A program made the position numbers and the translations under genes. Positions 29,150 through 37,925 of a stretch of 64,000 nt of DNA are shown piece after piece. The notes beneath the pieces are model-generated. The model was not told the origin of the DNA and searched no databases. It worked only from the letters and a program-made list of their open reading frames with translations. Source of the stretch: a virus; the IMG/VR virus record IMGVR_UViG_3300044899_000017, positions 13,781 to 77,780 of that record; one strand, written 5' to 3'. Numbering within the stretch: position 1 is the stretch's first letter; every line of letters begins with the position of its first letter.

Positions 29150-31324
29150 GTGGCGGTCGCTCGACATCACACGTTCATCCGCGACGAGATTCTTCCGTCG
29201 TGGTGGGCGAACGCGATTCAGGTCCCGCTGTCCGTCCTCGCGCAGAACTTCCACGTCCGCCGGCAGGCCGCGGCGAGCGTGCGCGTGCCCGCCGGGCCGG
29301 GGGAGGATGTCGCCGCCATTTCGATAGACGGGCGGTGGCGGTGGGCCGAGACAGCTCCCGGCGTCGATGCCGCGCATCCCGGCGGTGCGGCGGGCCTGTA
29401 CCGCGTGTGGGCGACGGCGAAGGAAAACAACATCGTCAACGCGCCCGACCCGAACACGGACCTGACGGACTACTCGTTCGGCCTCGTGATCCGCTCGAAC
29501 GCCGCCGGGCCTCCTCCGGTCGTCGCCGGCGTCGTGGACCTCTTCGTCGAGGTCGCGAACCTCGATTGGGACGGCGCGCAGATAACCGCCCTGCGCCAGT
29601 CGCGCGGTTCCGTCGCCGGCGCGCAGCTCGAAGACGGCACGTTCACGGCCGGGACGCAGATCACCTGCACGCGCCAGCCGGACGGCAGCTACCTCTTCTC
29701 GCTCGTGGCCGATGGCGTCGGCGCCGTCGCGCTCGCGCCCGGCGCGGTCACGGACGCCGAGGTCAACGCCGCGGCGGCGATAGCCGAGTCGAAGCTCGCA
29801 CTTGCGTCCGACGCAGCCGCCGGCACGCCGTCGCGCCGCACTCTCGGCGCGGGGGCGCTTCAGGCAGCCGCAGGGAACGACGGCCGCTTCCCCGCCGGCG
29901 TGGACATCGTGAACGCCGACATCGCCGCGGCGGCAGCCATCGCCGAGTCGAAGCTCGCGCTCGCGTCCGACGCGGCCGCGGGCACGCCGTCGAGGCGGAC
30001 ACTCGGCGCCGGCGCTCTTCAGGCGGCAGCGGGGAACGACGCGCGACTCTCCGACACGAGGACGCCGAGCGCGGGCAGCATCACGGACGCGATGGTCGCG
30101 GTCGGCGCGGCTATCGCGATGTCGAAGCTCGCGCTGTCGATCACGAACGCCGAAGTGAACGCGGCCGCGGCCATAGCCGAGTCGAAGCTGAACCTCGCGT
30201 CCGACGCTGTAGCGGGGACGGCGAGCCGCCGCACGCTCGGAGCGGGCGCGCAGCAGGCGACCGCCGGGAACGACGCACGGCTGTCGGACACGCGCACGCC
30301 GACGGACGCCACGGTCACGAACGCGAAGGTCGCCGCGGCCGCGGGCATCGTCTACTCGAAGCTGAACCTCGCGGCCTCCCTCGTGAACGCCGACATCGCG
30401 GCCGCGGCAGCTATCGCGTACTCGAAGCTCAACCTCGCCGCGAGCCTCGTGAACGCGGACGTGGCGGTGGCAGCGGCCATCGCGGAGTCGAAGCTGTCGC
30501 TCGCTTCGGATGCCGTCGCCGGCACGGCCTCGCGCCGCACGCTCGGCGTCGGGGCGCAGCAGGCCGCGGCCGGGAACGACTCGCGTCTCTCGGACACGCG
30601 CACGCCGAGCGCGGCGAGCATCGTCGATTCGATGGTCAACGCCGCCGCAGCGATTGCAATGTCGAAGCTCGCGCTGTCGATCACGAACGCCGAGGTCAAC
30701 GCGGCCGCGGCTATCGCCGAATCGAAGCTGAACCTTGCGTCTGACGCGGCGGCAGGCACCGCGTCGCGCCGCACGCTCGGGACCGGCGCCGCGCAGGCAG
30801 CTCCGGGCGATGTCGTCGCGAACTCCATCGGGAATCGGAAGCTGCTCTGCGAGGGCACGGGCTACCTGCTCGGCGGCGACACGCCGAATGCGCTGATCTA
30901 CATCCTTCAGGCCGGCGGCTCGGGCCGGCTGGTTCAGCACGGCGTCGCGGGGACCTACATCCCGGCCGTAGCTCAGATCACGGCCGCGGAGCTTGCGGTT
31001 GCGGGGAAGACGCCGAAGCTCCAGATCGAAATCCTCGGACAGTCGAACTCAAGTCTCGGGCTGAACATCTTCACGGCGCGGCTGTACTCGATCCTCAGCT
31101 CCGGGGCGGGCGGCGCGAACACGAACTCTTTCCAGACGAATGTCGGGCAGACGACGCTGATCGCGCTCGGCTTACTTGGGGGTTCCAACTTCCTCCGAGC
31201 CATCAGCGGCGACTTCACCATCCCGGCAGACGGTCAGTACGTCCTCGGGCTGTCGTCGGATATAGCCGTCGCCGCGAACGCGTTCGTGTCGTTCGTCGTG
31301 CGGCTGTGGGTCCGCTGGGTCTAA
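29150..31324 (+). CDS. Tail fibre / receptor-binding protein with internal repeats
   Basis: Last gene of the baseplate block; repeated shaft modules and distinct C-terminal domain. Confidence 0.8.
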   Translation: MAVARHHTFIRDEILPSWWANAIQVPLSVLAQNFHVRRQAAASVRVPAGPGEDVAAISIDGRWRWAETAPGVDAAHPGGAAGLYRVWATAKENNIVNAPDPNTDLTDYSFGLVIRSNAAGPPPVVAGVVDLFVEVANLDWDGAQITALRQSRGSVAGAQLEDGTFTAGTQITCTRQPDGSYLFSLVADGVGAVALAPGAVTDAEVNAAAAIAESKLALASDAAAGTPSRRTLGAGALQAAAGNDGRFPAGVDIVNADIAAAAAIAESKLALASDAAAGTPSRRTLGAGALQAAAGNDARLSDTRTPSAGSITDAMVAVGAAIAMSKLALSITNAEVNAAAAIAESKLNLASDAVAGTASRRTLGAGAQQATAGNDARLSDTRTPTDATVTNAKVAAAAGIVYSKLNLAASLVNADIAAAAAIAYSKLNLAASLVNADVAVAAAIAESKLSLASDAVAGTASRRTLGVGAQQAAAGNDSRLSDTRTPSAASIVDSMVNAAAAIAMSKLALSITNAEVNAAAAIAESKLNLASDAAAGTASRRTLGTGAAQAAPGDVVANSIGNRKLLCEGTGYLLGGDTPNALIYILQAGGSGRLVQHGVAGTYIPAVAQITAAELAVAGKTPKLQIEILGQSNSSLGLNIFTARLYSILSSGAGGANTNSFQTNVGQTTLIALGLLGGSNFLRAISGDFTIPADGQYVLGLSSDIAVAANAFVSFVVRLWVRWV
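29745..30810 (+). repeat. Coding tandem repeats in fibre shaft
   Basis: About 10 copies of NA(E/D)(V/I)..AAAIA.SKL.L and 5 copies of SDA.AGT.SRRTLG.GA.QA. Confidence 0.9.
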
Positions 31325-31358
31325 GGGTCTGTCCGAGGCGCCTGCTGCACTTCGCCGC

Positions 31359-32789
31359 GTGGGCGAGTTCCGCATCTTCACGGGCGCCGGCGGGAAGCGG
31401 TTCGTCGGCGAGACGGGTCAGGGCGAGCTAGTCGAGCGCATCTCGCGCGCGGCGGGCGCTCCGATCAACTCGAACGCTCGCGATCAGGCGGCGGCGGGCC
31501 TGCTGCACTCCATCGGCCTTCACGCGCAGGCCGAAGTGATCATCCTCCACGCTCGCGGCGTGCCCGGCTTCGGGCCTGCGAACCCGGTGAACCGCTCGAC
31601 GCACTGCCGGTTCAATGACGGCGCCGCGTACCGGCGCTTCGTCGCGGGCTTCAAGCTCGGCGTGCGCGGCCGCGGCGTGGACACGGCGAACACGCCGGCG
31701 TTCCTCGCCGAAGCGCATAAGCAGGGCCTCGCGTTCTTCCTGACCTACCCCGGCTCCGTCGGCGAGCGCCAGCACGTGAACGAGGCGACCTCGACGTGGG
31801 GGAAGCGGCTCGTGCCGCAGTTCCACGCCGCACCGGGCGACCGTGGCCGCAACGTCCGCCGGCTCCGGAACGTCCTCGTCGTCCTCGGGCTGCTCGACAA
31901 ACGCGGCAGCGTCTTCGGCACGAAGGTCGAGGCCGCGGTCCGCGTCTTTCAGTTGCACCACCACCTGAAGGTCGATGGCGTCGTCGGCCCGATGACGTGG
32001 GCGCAGCTCGTCGTCGCGTACCGGCAGAAGAAGAAGCACCCGCCGAAGCCGCCGGCGCCGCATCCGCCGCACACGCATCCGCCGGCGCAGCCGATCCCGC
32101 ATCAGCTTCATAAGGGCGTGGTGAACGGGCCGGACGTGTCCGAGCATCAGGGAGACGTGGACTGGCGGAAAGTGTCCGTCGGCATGAACGAGTTCGCCGG
32201 CGTCCGCGTGAACGACGGGGACCACCGCGACTCGCGCTTCTCGAAGGCGCGGCTCGACTCGATGCGCGCGCAGCGGGTGATCCCGATGCCGTACGCGTAC
32301 CTGCGGGTGGCGTCGCCGGGGAACGGCGAGCGCAACGGCGCGGCCGAGTGCGATATGACGCTCCGGTGGGCGCACGAGGCCGGGTGGGGGAAGCCCGGCG
32401 ACCTACAGATAGCGGCCGACTTCGAGGAGGCGAACGGGCAGTCGCTCCGGAAGGCCGGCGTGCATCTCGTGCAATGGGTCGCGCGCTACCACGACCGGAC
32501 CGGCGCGTGGCCGACGCTCTACAGCTCGCCGGCGTTCCTCGCCGCGGTGATGGCGACGCTGAGTCCGCAGGCGCGGGCGATGCTCGCGAAGTGCCCGCTG
32601 TGGATCGCGCACGTCGGGCCGGGCGGGAAGCCGCGCACGGCGAAGCCGACGGTGCCGCGGCCGTGGAAGCGGTACACCTTCTGGCAGTTCTCGTGGGTCG
32701 GGCGGCAGCCGGGAATCTCGACGCCGTGCGATATGTCCATCTTCAACGGGTCGTTTAGCGCACTGCTGCGACTCACCATCCGGAGGTAG
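31359..32789 (+). CDS. Endolysin: M15-like peptidase + PG-binding domain + GH25 muramidase
   Basis: STH..GVD..E.QHV; FG..VEAAV..FQ....LKVDGVVGP.TW; DVSEHQG.VDW, ADFEE, LWIA, FWQFS, DMS. Confidence 0.9.
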   Translation: MGEFRIFTGAGGKRFVGETGQGELVERISRAAGAPINSNARDQAAAGLLHSIGLHAQAEVIILHARGVPGFGPANPVNRSTHCRFNDGAAYRRFVAGFKLGVRGRGVDTANTPAFLAEAHKQGLAFFLTYPGSVGERQHVNEATSTWGKRLVPQFHAAPGDRGRNVRRLRNVLVVLGLLDKRGSVFGTKVEAAVRVFQLHHHLKVDGVVGPMTWAQLVVAYRQKKKHPPKPPAPHPPHTHPPAQPIPHQLHKGVVNGPDVSEHQGDVDWRKVSVGMNEFAGVRVNDGDHRDSRFSKARLDSMRAQRVIPMPYAYLRVASPGNGERNGAAECDMTLRWAHEAGWGKPGDLQIAADFEEANGQSLRKAGVHLVQWVARYHDRTGAWPTLYSSPAFLAAVMATLSPQARAMLAKCPLWIAHVGPGGKPRTAKPTVPRPWKRYTFWQFSWVGRQPGISTPCDMSIFNGSFSALLRLTIRR

Positions 32790-32794
32790 CCGCT

Positions 32795-33145
32795 GTGTCT
32801 CCCCTGTCGAAGCTCTATCCGCTGCTCGAAGCAGCTCGCGCCGTCCTCGCCGCGCTCGCCGGCCTCGCTGCCGTCCTCGCGTCCTCGGGCGACCTCCTGC
32901 ACCTTCCCGCCGGCGTGACGGGCGCGCTCGTCGCGTTCGTGGCGTATGTCGGGCAGCTCGGCATCCGCTCGAAGACGACGCCGTTCGCCGAGCCGGACAC
33001 GTCGCAGGTGCCCGAGCTGGCGGACACGCCGGAGTTCGCTGCCGTGGCCGCGCCGCCGCAGCGTGCCGAGGCCGAGGAGCCGCCGGCGCGGAAGCGCGCG
33101 AGCCGCGCCGGAGCTGCGCGCTCGAAGTCTTCGCGCTCGCGCTGA
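32795..33145 (+). CDS. Putative holin
   Basis: Two hydrophobic helices then IRSKTTP; directly after endolysin. Confidence 0.65.
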   Translation: MSPLSKLYPLLEAARAVLAALAGLAAVLASSGDLLHLPAGVTGALVAFVAYVGQLGIRSKTTPFAEPDTSQVPELADTPEFAAVAAPPQRAEAEEPPARKRASRAGAARSKSSRSR

Positions 33146-33182
33146 TCCGGGGCTTCCACCTGCGCGAGCGGGTACGATTGCG

Positions 33183-33283
33183 GCCGACGGTAATCGTCGA
33201 TCCTCGTGCGGCTCGGGTAAAGCAGCGCGACCGGCGAGCTGTCGAACGAAGGCGGGTCTTCACGGCCCGCCTTCGTCGTTCTC
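33183..33283 (+). ncRNA. Candidate trans-acting antisense small RNA
   Basis: -10 TACGAT at 33173-33178; 5' hairpin, unpaired seed 33200-33222, second hairpin, 13-bp terminator stem 33246-33276; seed complementary to 8 gene leaders. Confidence 0.7.
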
Positions 33284-33371
33284 GGAGGGGAATCGCGGCC
33301 GCGCTCGAAGGGATGCCGACCGATGCCGAACGTATCGTCGCCGCATCGTCACCCGAGCCGCAGGAGGAACC

Positions 33372-34721
33372 GTGGGAGCAGCAGACGCAGGGACCGCGCT
33401 AGACACGATCCCGGAGGAGGAGCGTAACCTCCGGGGCCTCGAACTCGCCGAGCAGCACTTCCCGCCGGAGCGCCGAGCGCAGGTCGCCGCGTTTCTCGAA
33501 GTGCCCGCGGAGTCGCCGGCGCTGCTGCCGTTCCTCGCGTGGTGCGCTGCGAACCGGTACTCGCCGATAGCCGGCCACGTGTGGCTGATCCCGAAGAAGA
33601 TCAAGGCGAAGGACGGCGAGCCGGAGCGGACGATCTACAAGCCGGCGGTGGGGCGCGACGGGCTGCTGCACAAAGCTCGCGAGTCGAAGGGCAAGCCGAA
33701 CGGCTACCGCGGCCTGAAGTTCGGCGTCGTCTGCGAGCGCGACACGTTCGAGGTCGAGGAGGACGGCTCGATGGACGGGCCGAAGATTCTCCACCGCTAC
33801 GCGTCGAAGCCGACGGAGTTCGCGCCGGACGAGTCGCCGGACCGCTACCGCGGCCGCGTGATCGGCGCGTGGGCGAAGTGCTTCGTGGACGGCGAGCCGC
33901 CGACGTTCTACTTCGCCAACCTGCGCGAGCATGGCCGGCTGCGGCACGTGTGGGACTACAACCCGAACGAACACTCGCGGAAGCCGATCTACCTCGACGC
34001 CGAGGGGAAGAAGACGTGGGCAGAGTTCGGCGAGGGCGGGATGCGGAACCGGCCTCTTCAGGAGTGGGAGGGCGCGTGGGAGTACCTGTCCACGATGATC
34101 CTGAAGGCGGCGCAGTCGTACGTGCTGCGGATCGCGCTCGGGATCACGGGCATCGTGCCGGTGGACGAGCTGCGCGACGTGACCTCGTGGAAGGAAGGCG
34201 ACACGGGCGCGGCCGTCGAGACGGGCGTGATGGCTGCACCCGAGGCCGAGTTCGACTTCGACGTGCTGACCGCTGACGAGGAGCTGCGCGAGCGGCTGCG
34301 CCACGCGGTCGAGACGGCGAACGAGCAGGAGCCGTTCGCGTGGGGGCCGGCGAAGTGCGAGATGGTGCTGTCGGGCCGCACGGACGACGAGCTGCGGACC
34401 TTCGTCGAGCAGATCGAGCGCGAGAACGACCTGCGCGAGCAGCGCATCGCGAAGGCGGCTGGCGAGGAGCCGGTCGTGGACGCCGAGGTCGTCGAGGAGG
34501 AGCCGGAGGAGGAGAAGCCCGCCGGCGCCGGCGTGTCGATCACCGCGGCGGCGCTCGACGTGGGGGACCGCGTGTGGCGCGGCGAGACGCTGCGCGTCGT
34601 GACGGTGAAGGAACGCGACGGCGACACGGTGACGCTCGGCTTCGAGGGCGAGGACGAGCCGGTGACGGTCCCGTCCGGGGAGGGCTTCATGGTCGTGCAG
34701 GGCGGCGCCGGCGGGAGCTAG
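33372..34721 (+). CDS. RecT/Red-beta-like single-strand annealing protein
   Basis: GGAGG RBS then GTG 33372; SP...VWLIP, VGRDGL...A, IGAWAK, W....TMI.KAA...LR.A.G..G. Confidence 0.8.
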   Translation: MGAADAGTALDTIPEEERNLRGLELAEQHFPPERRAQVAAFLEVPAESPALLPFLAWCAANRYSPIAGHVWLIPKKIKAKDGEPERTIYKPAVGRDGLLHKARESKGKPNGYRGLKFGVVCERDTFEVEEDGSMDGPKILHRYASKPTEFAPDESPDRYRGRVIGAWAKCFVDGEPPTFYFANLREHGRLRHVWDYNPNEHSRKPIYLDAEGKKTWAEFGEGGMRNRPLQEWEGAWEYLSTMILKAAQSYVLRIALGITGIVPVDELRDVTSWKEGDTGAAVETGVMAAPEAEFDFDVLTADEELRERLRHAVETANEQEPFAWGPAKCEMVLSGRTDDELRTFVEQIERENDLREQRIAKAAGEEPVVDAEVVEEEPEEEKPAGAGVSITAAALDVGDRVWRGETLRVVTVKERDGDTVTLGFEGEDEPVTVPSGEGFMVVQGGAGGS

Positions 34722-34725
34722 CTCG

Positions 34726-34899
34726 ATGCGGTGGTGGCGACGGGGGCGTCCGAGAGTTCGACCTCGGCGCCGTCCGTGTCCCGACTGCGGCGCGCGGCTC
34801 TTCCACTACCGCGGGCTGTGGCACTGCGAGCGGTGCCCGTACCCCTACAAGTTCCCCCGCGGCGCCGGCCGCGTGATCAGCTCCTCGAAAGGCGAATGA
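34726..34899 (+). CDS. Small zinc-ribbon protein (57 aa, not in ORF track)
   Basis: MRWWRRGRPRVRPRRRPCPDCGARLFHYRGLWHCERCPY...; fills the gap exactly. Confidence 0.65.
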   Translation: MRWWRRGRPRVRPRRRPCPDCGARLFHYRGLWHCERCPYPYKFPRGAGRVISSSKGE

Positions 34900-36282
34900 A
34901 TGAACGAAGCGAAGGTCGGGCGCATAGATCGCGTCGCCGTCAGGCGGTGGATCGAAGAGAAGGAAGAGCTGCCGCTCGACGCGGTGATGGGGATGTTCCC
35001 GACGATGCGGCAGTCGCTCCTCGCGAAGCACGACGACTGCGCGCTGTCCTCGTTCTTCGAGCTGCGCTACGCGAACGGGTGGAACACGCACCCGCAGGCG
35101 CGGGGCACGGTCTTCCATCTCTTCGCGGCGAAGTTCCTGCAAGAGCTGCGCGAGCAGAAGAAGAAGACGCTGCCGGTCGGCGTCGCCGAGGCGATCCTCG
35201 TCGAAGCGTGCCGGCAGCGCGAGGACTCGCAGGGCCGGCCGATCCCGCCGGAGGACATCGTGCGCGTGCCGCTGCGCTCGATGCCGGAGCTGCGGGGGGC
35301 GGCGCGGAAGTTCGCGAAGGACAACGAGTTCTCTTACGACCGGATCGTGGACATCGAGCGGCGGCTAGGCGCCGAACTCGTCTACCCGAGCGCCGACGGC
35401 CGGCTCGTGAAGCGGTGGCTGACGGGGCAGCTCGACGCGGTGCTTTTCGAGAAGCCGGACGGCGCCGTGGTGATCGACTGGAAGGACACGTGGGCGCTGC
35501 CGCCGGAGCCGAAGGAACGCGACCCGGAGGACTTCGTGGGGGCCGACGACGAGCTGCGCGGCATCTCGTACCACGGCTACTTCCAGCAGCGCTTTTACGG
35601 GTGGCTGGTGATGAAGACCTATCGCAACGTGAACCGCGTCACGCTGCGCGAGTTCTACGCGCGGAAGACGAAGGCGCGGAAGGCGACGCTGACTCGTGAC
35701 CGGCTGCCCGAGGTCGAGGAAGAGCTAGGGCTGCTCGCCGCGGCGTTCGACGAGGCGATCATGCAGGGTCCGCCCGAGTGGCCGTACATCATCGACGAGC
35801 AGGAGGCCGAGGCGCGCGGCGTGAAGCCGCTCGGGCGGTGGGCGCCGCAGCCGGGGAAGCACTGCGGCTTCTGCGCGATGTCGCGCCACTGCCCGGTCGA
35901 AGAGGACGCGCGGATCGAGTCGGCCGCGCAGACCGGCGGCGCCGCGATCACGTCGTTCGAGCAGGCGAAGCGGGCGACGGGCGAACTTCAGGTCGTCGAG
36001 CGGGTGCGTGCGGTGCTGCTGTCGGCGCTGAAGTCGTACGTCGAGACGAGCGGCGCTCCCGTGCCCGTGAAGGCGGGCAAGGGCCGGCGAGTCCTCGGGT
36101 GGTACGAGACGAAGCGCGGCCGGCGGTTCGGCCTCTTCACGCCGGACGACTCCGACCGCGGTGGGCACGCCGACCTCGACCGCCAGCTCGAAGAGGCGAT
36201 GCGCGAGGCGACCGCGCGAGCGCAGGAGGCGAAGCCGAAGCGCCGGCGCTCGGGCCGCAACCGGCCGGCCGGGAAGGTATGA
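34900..36282 (+). CDS. PD-(D/E)XK exonuclease, Cas4/RecB-like
   Basis: GT.FH, G.LD, IDWK, Q..FY, N-terminal Cys plus CGFC.....CP. Confidence 0.88.
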   Translation: MNEAKVGRIDRVAVRRWIEEKEELPLDAVMGMFPTMRQSLLAKHDDCALSSFFELRYANGWNTHPQARGTVFHLFAAKFLQELREQKKKTLPVGVAEAILVEACRQREDSQGRPIPPEDIVRVPLRSMPELRGAARKFAKDNEFSYDRIVDIERRLGAELVYPSADGRLVKRWLTGQLDAVLFEKPDGAVVIDWKDTWALPPEPKERDPEDFVGADDELRGISYHGYFQQRFYGWLVMKTYRNVNRVTLREFYARKTKARKATLTRDRLPEVEEELGLLAAAFDEAIMQGPPEWPYIIDEQEAEARGVKPLGRWAPQPGKHCGFCAMSRHCPVEEDARIESAAQTGGAAITSFEQAKRATGELQVVERVRAVLLSALKSYVETSGAPVPVKAGKGRRVLGWYETKRGRRFGLFTPDDSDRGGHADLDRQLEEAMREATARAQEAKPKRRRSGRNRPAGKV

Positions 36283-36527
36283 CGACGGCCACGAAGCCCT
36301 GCTCGTGTGGCTGGCCGGACTGCCCGGAACTCGGGCCGGCCGGCGAGCATGAGTGGAACCCGCTCGCCGAGCCGGTGGACGACTGCGGGCTGTGCGCGGG
36401 GCGACTCGACCGGCTCCCGTGGACGGAGATTGCAGCGCGCCACGGCGAGCGGCTGCCGGTGGGGCCGGTGCAGCTCCCGGTCCGGATCGCGGTCGGCTAC
36501 GCGCACCCGGAGTGCGTCGAGCCGTGA
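36279..36527 (+). CDS. Small Cys/His-rich protein
   Basis: ATGA overlap; CSCGWPDC, CGLC, HPEC. Confidence 0.6.
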   Translation: MTTATKPCSCGWPDCPELGPAGEHEWNPLAEPVDDCGLCAGRLDRLPWTEIAARHGERLPVGPVQLPVRIAVGYAHPECVEP

Positions 36528-36739
36528 CGGGGATGGACGAGACGGAGCGCCGGCTACTCGCGGCCGCGGAGGAGGCGAACGAGCGCATCAGGACGTGCCA
36601 CGAGCGCGTCGCGTGCCCGCTGTGCGGTGCGCCGGTAGGCACGCGGTGCCGACGCGTGAACGCCATCTCGTCGCTGTCTCGCGCTCCGCTGAAGCATCCG
36701 CACCGGCAGCGGTGGACGCTCGTGCAGCCGGCGCGCTGA
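36524..36739 (+). CDS. Phage zinc-finger protein
   Basis: V.CP.C.A..G..C.....H..R motif. Confidence 0.7.
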   Translation: MTGMDETERRLLAAAEEANERIRTCHERVACPLCGAPVGTRCRRVNAISSLSRAPLKHPHRQRWTLVQPAR

Positions 36740-36742
36740 CGG

Positions 36743-37315
36743 ATGGCGTTCGGCGACCGGAAGAAGGGCCTGCGCCGCGACGGGAAGAAGGCGCGGGACT
36801 TCGCCGAGCAGCGCCACGAGCTGCACGCAGATCGCGAGACGACGGCGCGCTTCAGGCAGCGCGGCCGCGAGTCGGGGGCGCGCTCGCTGCGCGAGGCGGC
36901 GGTGCGCGCTGCCCGCGCGCCGAAGCCGGTCGAGGGTCCGCTGACGCCGCGCGAGTGGCGCGAACGCGCGTTCGAGTCGTCCGGAGGGCTGTGCAAGATC
37001 ACCCGGACCCGAGCCTCCGATGCCGACGATCCCCGCTTCCACGTACATCACCCGCTCCCGAAGGGCCTGCTCCGCGAGCGGGGCCTCTACGGGCACGTGT
37101 GGGATGCGAGGAACGCGCTGTGGGTCGCCGAGGTCGTCCATATGAATCACGAGGGCGGCACGAGGCGCATAGCGCGCGGCTGGCTGCTTCCTTGCACGTG
37201 GGCGTTCGCGCAGGAGATGGACGCCACGGACGGAACGCAGTGGGCCACGGAGACGGTTCGCAGGCTTCACCCGGCCGCGGGGCACGCGGCGTATTCGGAC
37301 CCGAGGAGGGACTGA
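36743..37315 (+). CDS. HNH endonuclease-like protein
   Basis: HVHH.LPK....N.....H..H. Confidence 0.65.
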   Translation: MAFGDRKKGLRRDGKKARDFAEQRHELHADRETTARFRQRGRESGARSLREAAVRAARAPKPVEGPLTPREWRERAFESSGGLCKITRTRASDADDPRFHVHHPLPKGLLRERGLYGHVWDARNALWVAEVVHMNHEGGTRRIARGWLLPCTWAFAQEMDATDGTQWATETVRRLHPAAGHAAYSDPRRD

Positions 37316-37318
37316 ACG

Positions 37319-37840
37319 ATGGCGAAGGACGACGAGACGGGAGTCGATGCTGTGTCGGCAGACGGCGCAGGCGCGACGGACGACGAGCTAGAGGCTCGTC
37401 GGAAGAAGGGCAACGGCGGGACCTCGATGGCGGCTCGCGCGCAGGCCGGCGAGTTCGACGACACGGGCGCCGCGCCCGAGTCCGAGGAGGACGACGGGCA
37501 GGGGACGTTCGTGTGGGAGCAGGGCCGGAAGGTCACGCTCGCGAACATCATCGCTCGTGGCACGCCGACGGAACACGTCTTCGTGTTCGGCGGTCGGCGC
37601 TCGCGCGGCTCGGGCGGGCTGATGGGCTTCGATGCGAAGCCGCTGATGGTCGTCTCCGGGATGCCGGGGCCGGTGACGCTCGTGCCGACGTACGACGACG
37701 AGGACAAGGTGACGAAGGTCGTCGTCGAGTCGCACGTGCGAGCGCGCAACGTCGCGAACGCCGACTCCGAGGAGGGGCTGCTGATGATCGCGCACCTGCT
37801 CGAAGCGCACGGCTACGTGAAGAGGGACGCCGCGGCCTGA
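37319..37840 (+). CDS. Hypothetical protein
   Basis: GAGG RBS, acidic N-terminus, beta-rich core. Confidence 0.7.
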   Translation: MAKDDETGVDAVSADGAGATDDELEARRKKGNGGTSMAARAQAGEFDDTGAAPESEEDDGQGTFVWEQGRKVTLANIIARGTPTEHVFVFGGRRSRGSGGLMGFDAKPLMVVSGMPGPVTLVPTYDDEDKVTKVVVESHVRARNVANADSEEGLLMIAHLLEAHGYVKRDAAA

Positions 37841-37860
37841 CGGCACCGGCCTAGAACGAG

Positions 37861-37892
37861 GACGGGCGCCGGTGTGGGAACCGGCGCCCGTC
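37861..37892 (+). terminator. GC-rich hairpin (terminator or attenuator) upstream of initiator
   Basis: GACGGGCGCCGGT-GTGGGA-ACCGGCGCCCGTC. Confidence 0.55.
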
Positions 37893-37925
37893 AAGCATTC
37901 GCGACTCTGAGGAGGAGTTCGGAAC

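Noticed and set aside
29745-30810. CRISPR array or DGR repeat
   Set aside because: Repeats are in-frame with synonymous variation; no unique spacers, no reverse transcriptase, no adenine-specific template/variable pair seen.
33178-33402. 74-aa ORF (and the 32946 extension) over the small-RNA locus
   Set aside because: TTG start, no RBS, atypical codons, crosses a terminator hairpin; non-coding interpretation fits better.
34900-36282. CRISPR-associated Cas4
   Set aside because: No cas genes or array; its position beside a RecT-like gene indicates a recombination exonuclease.
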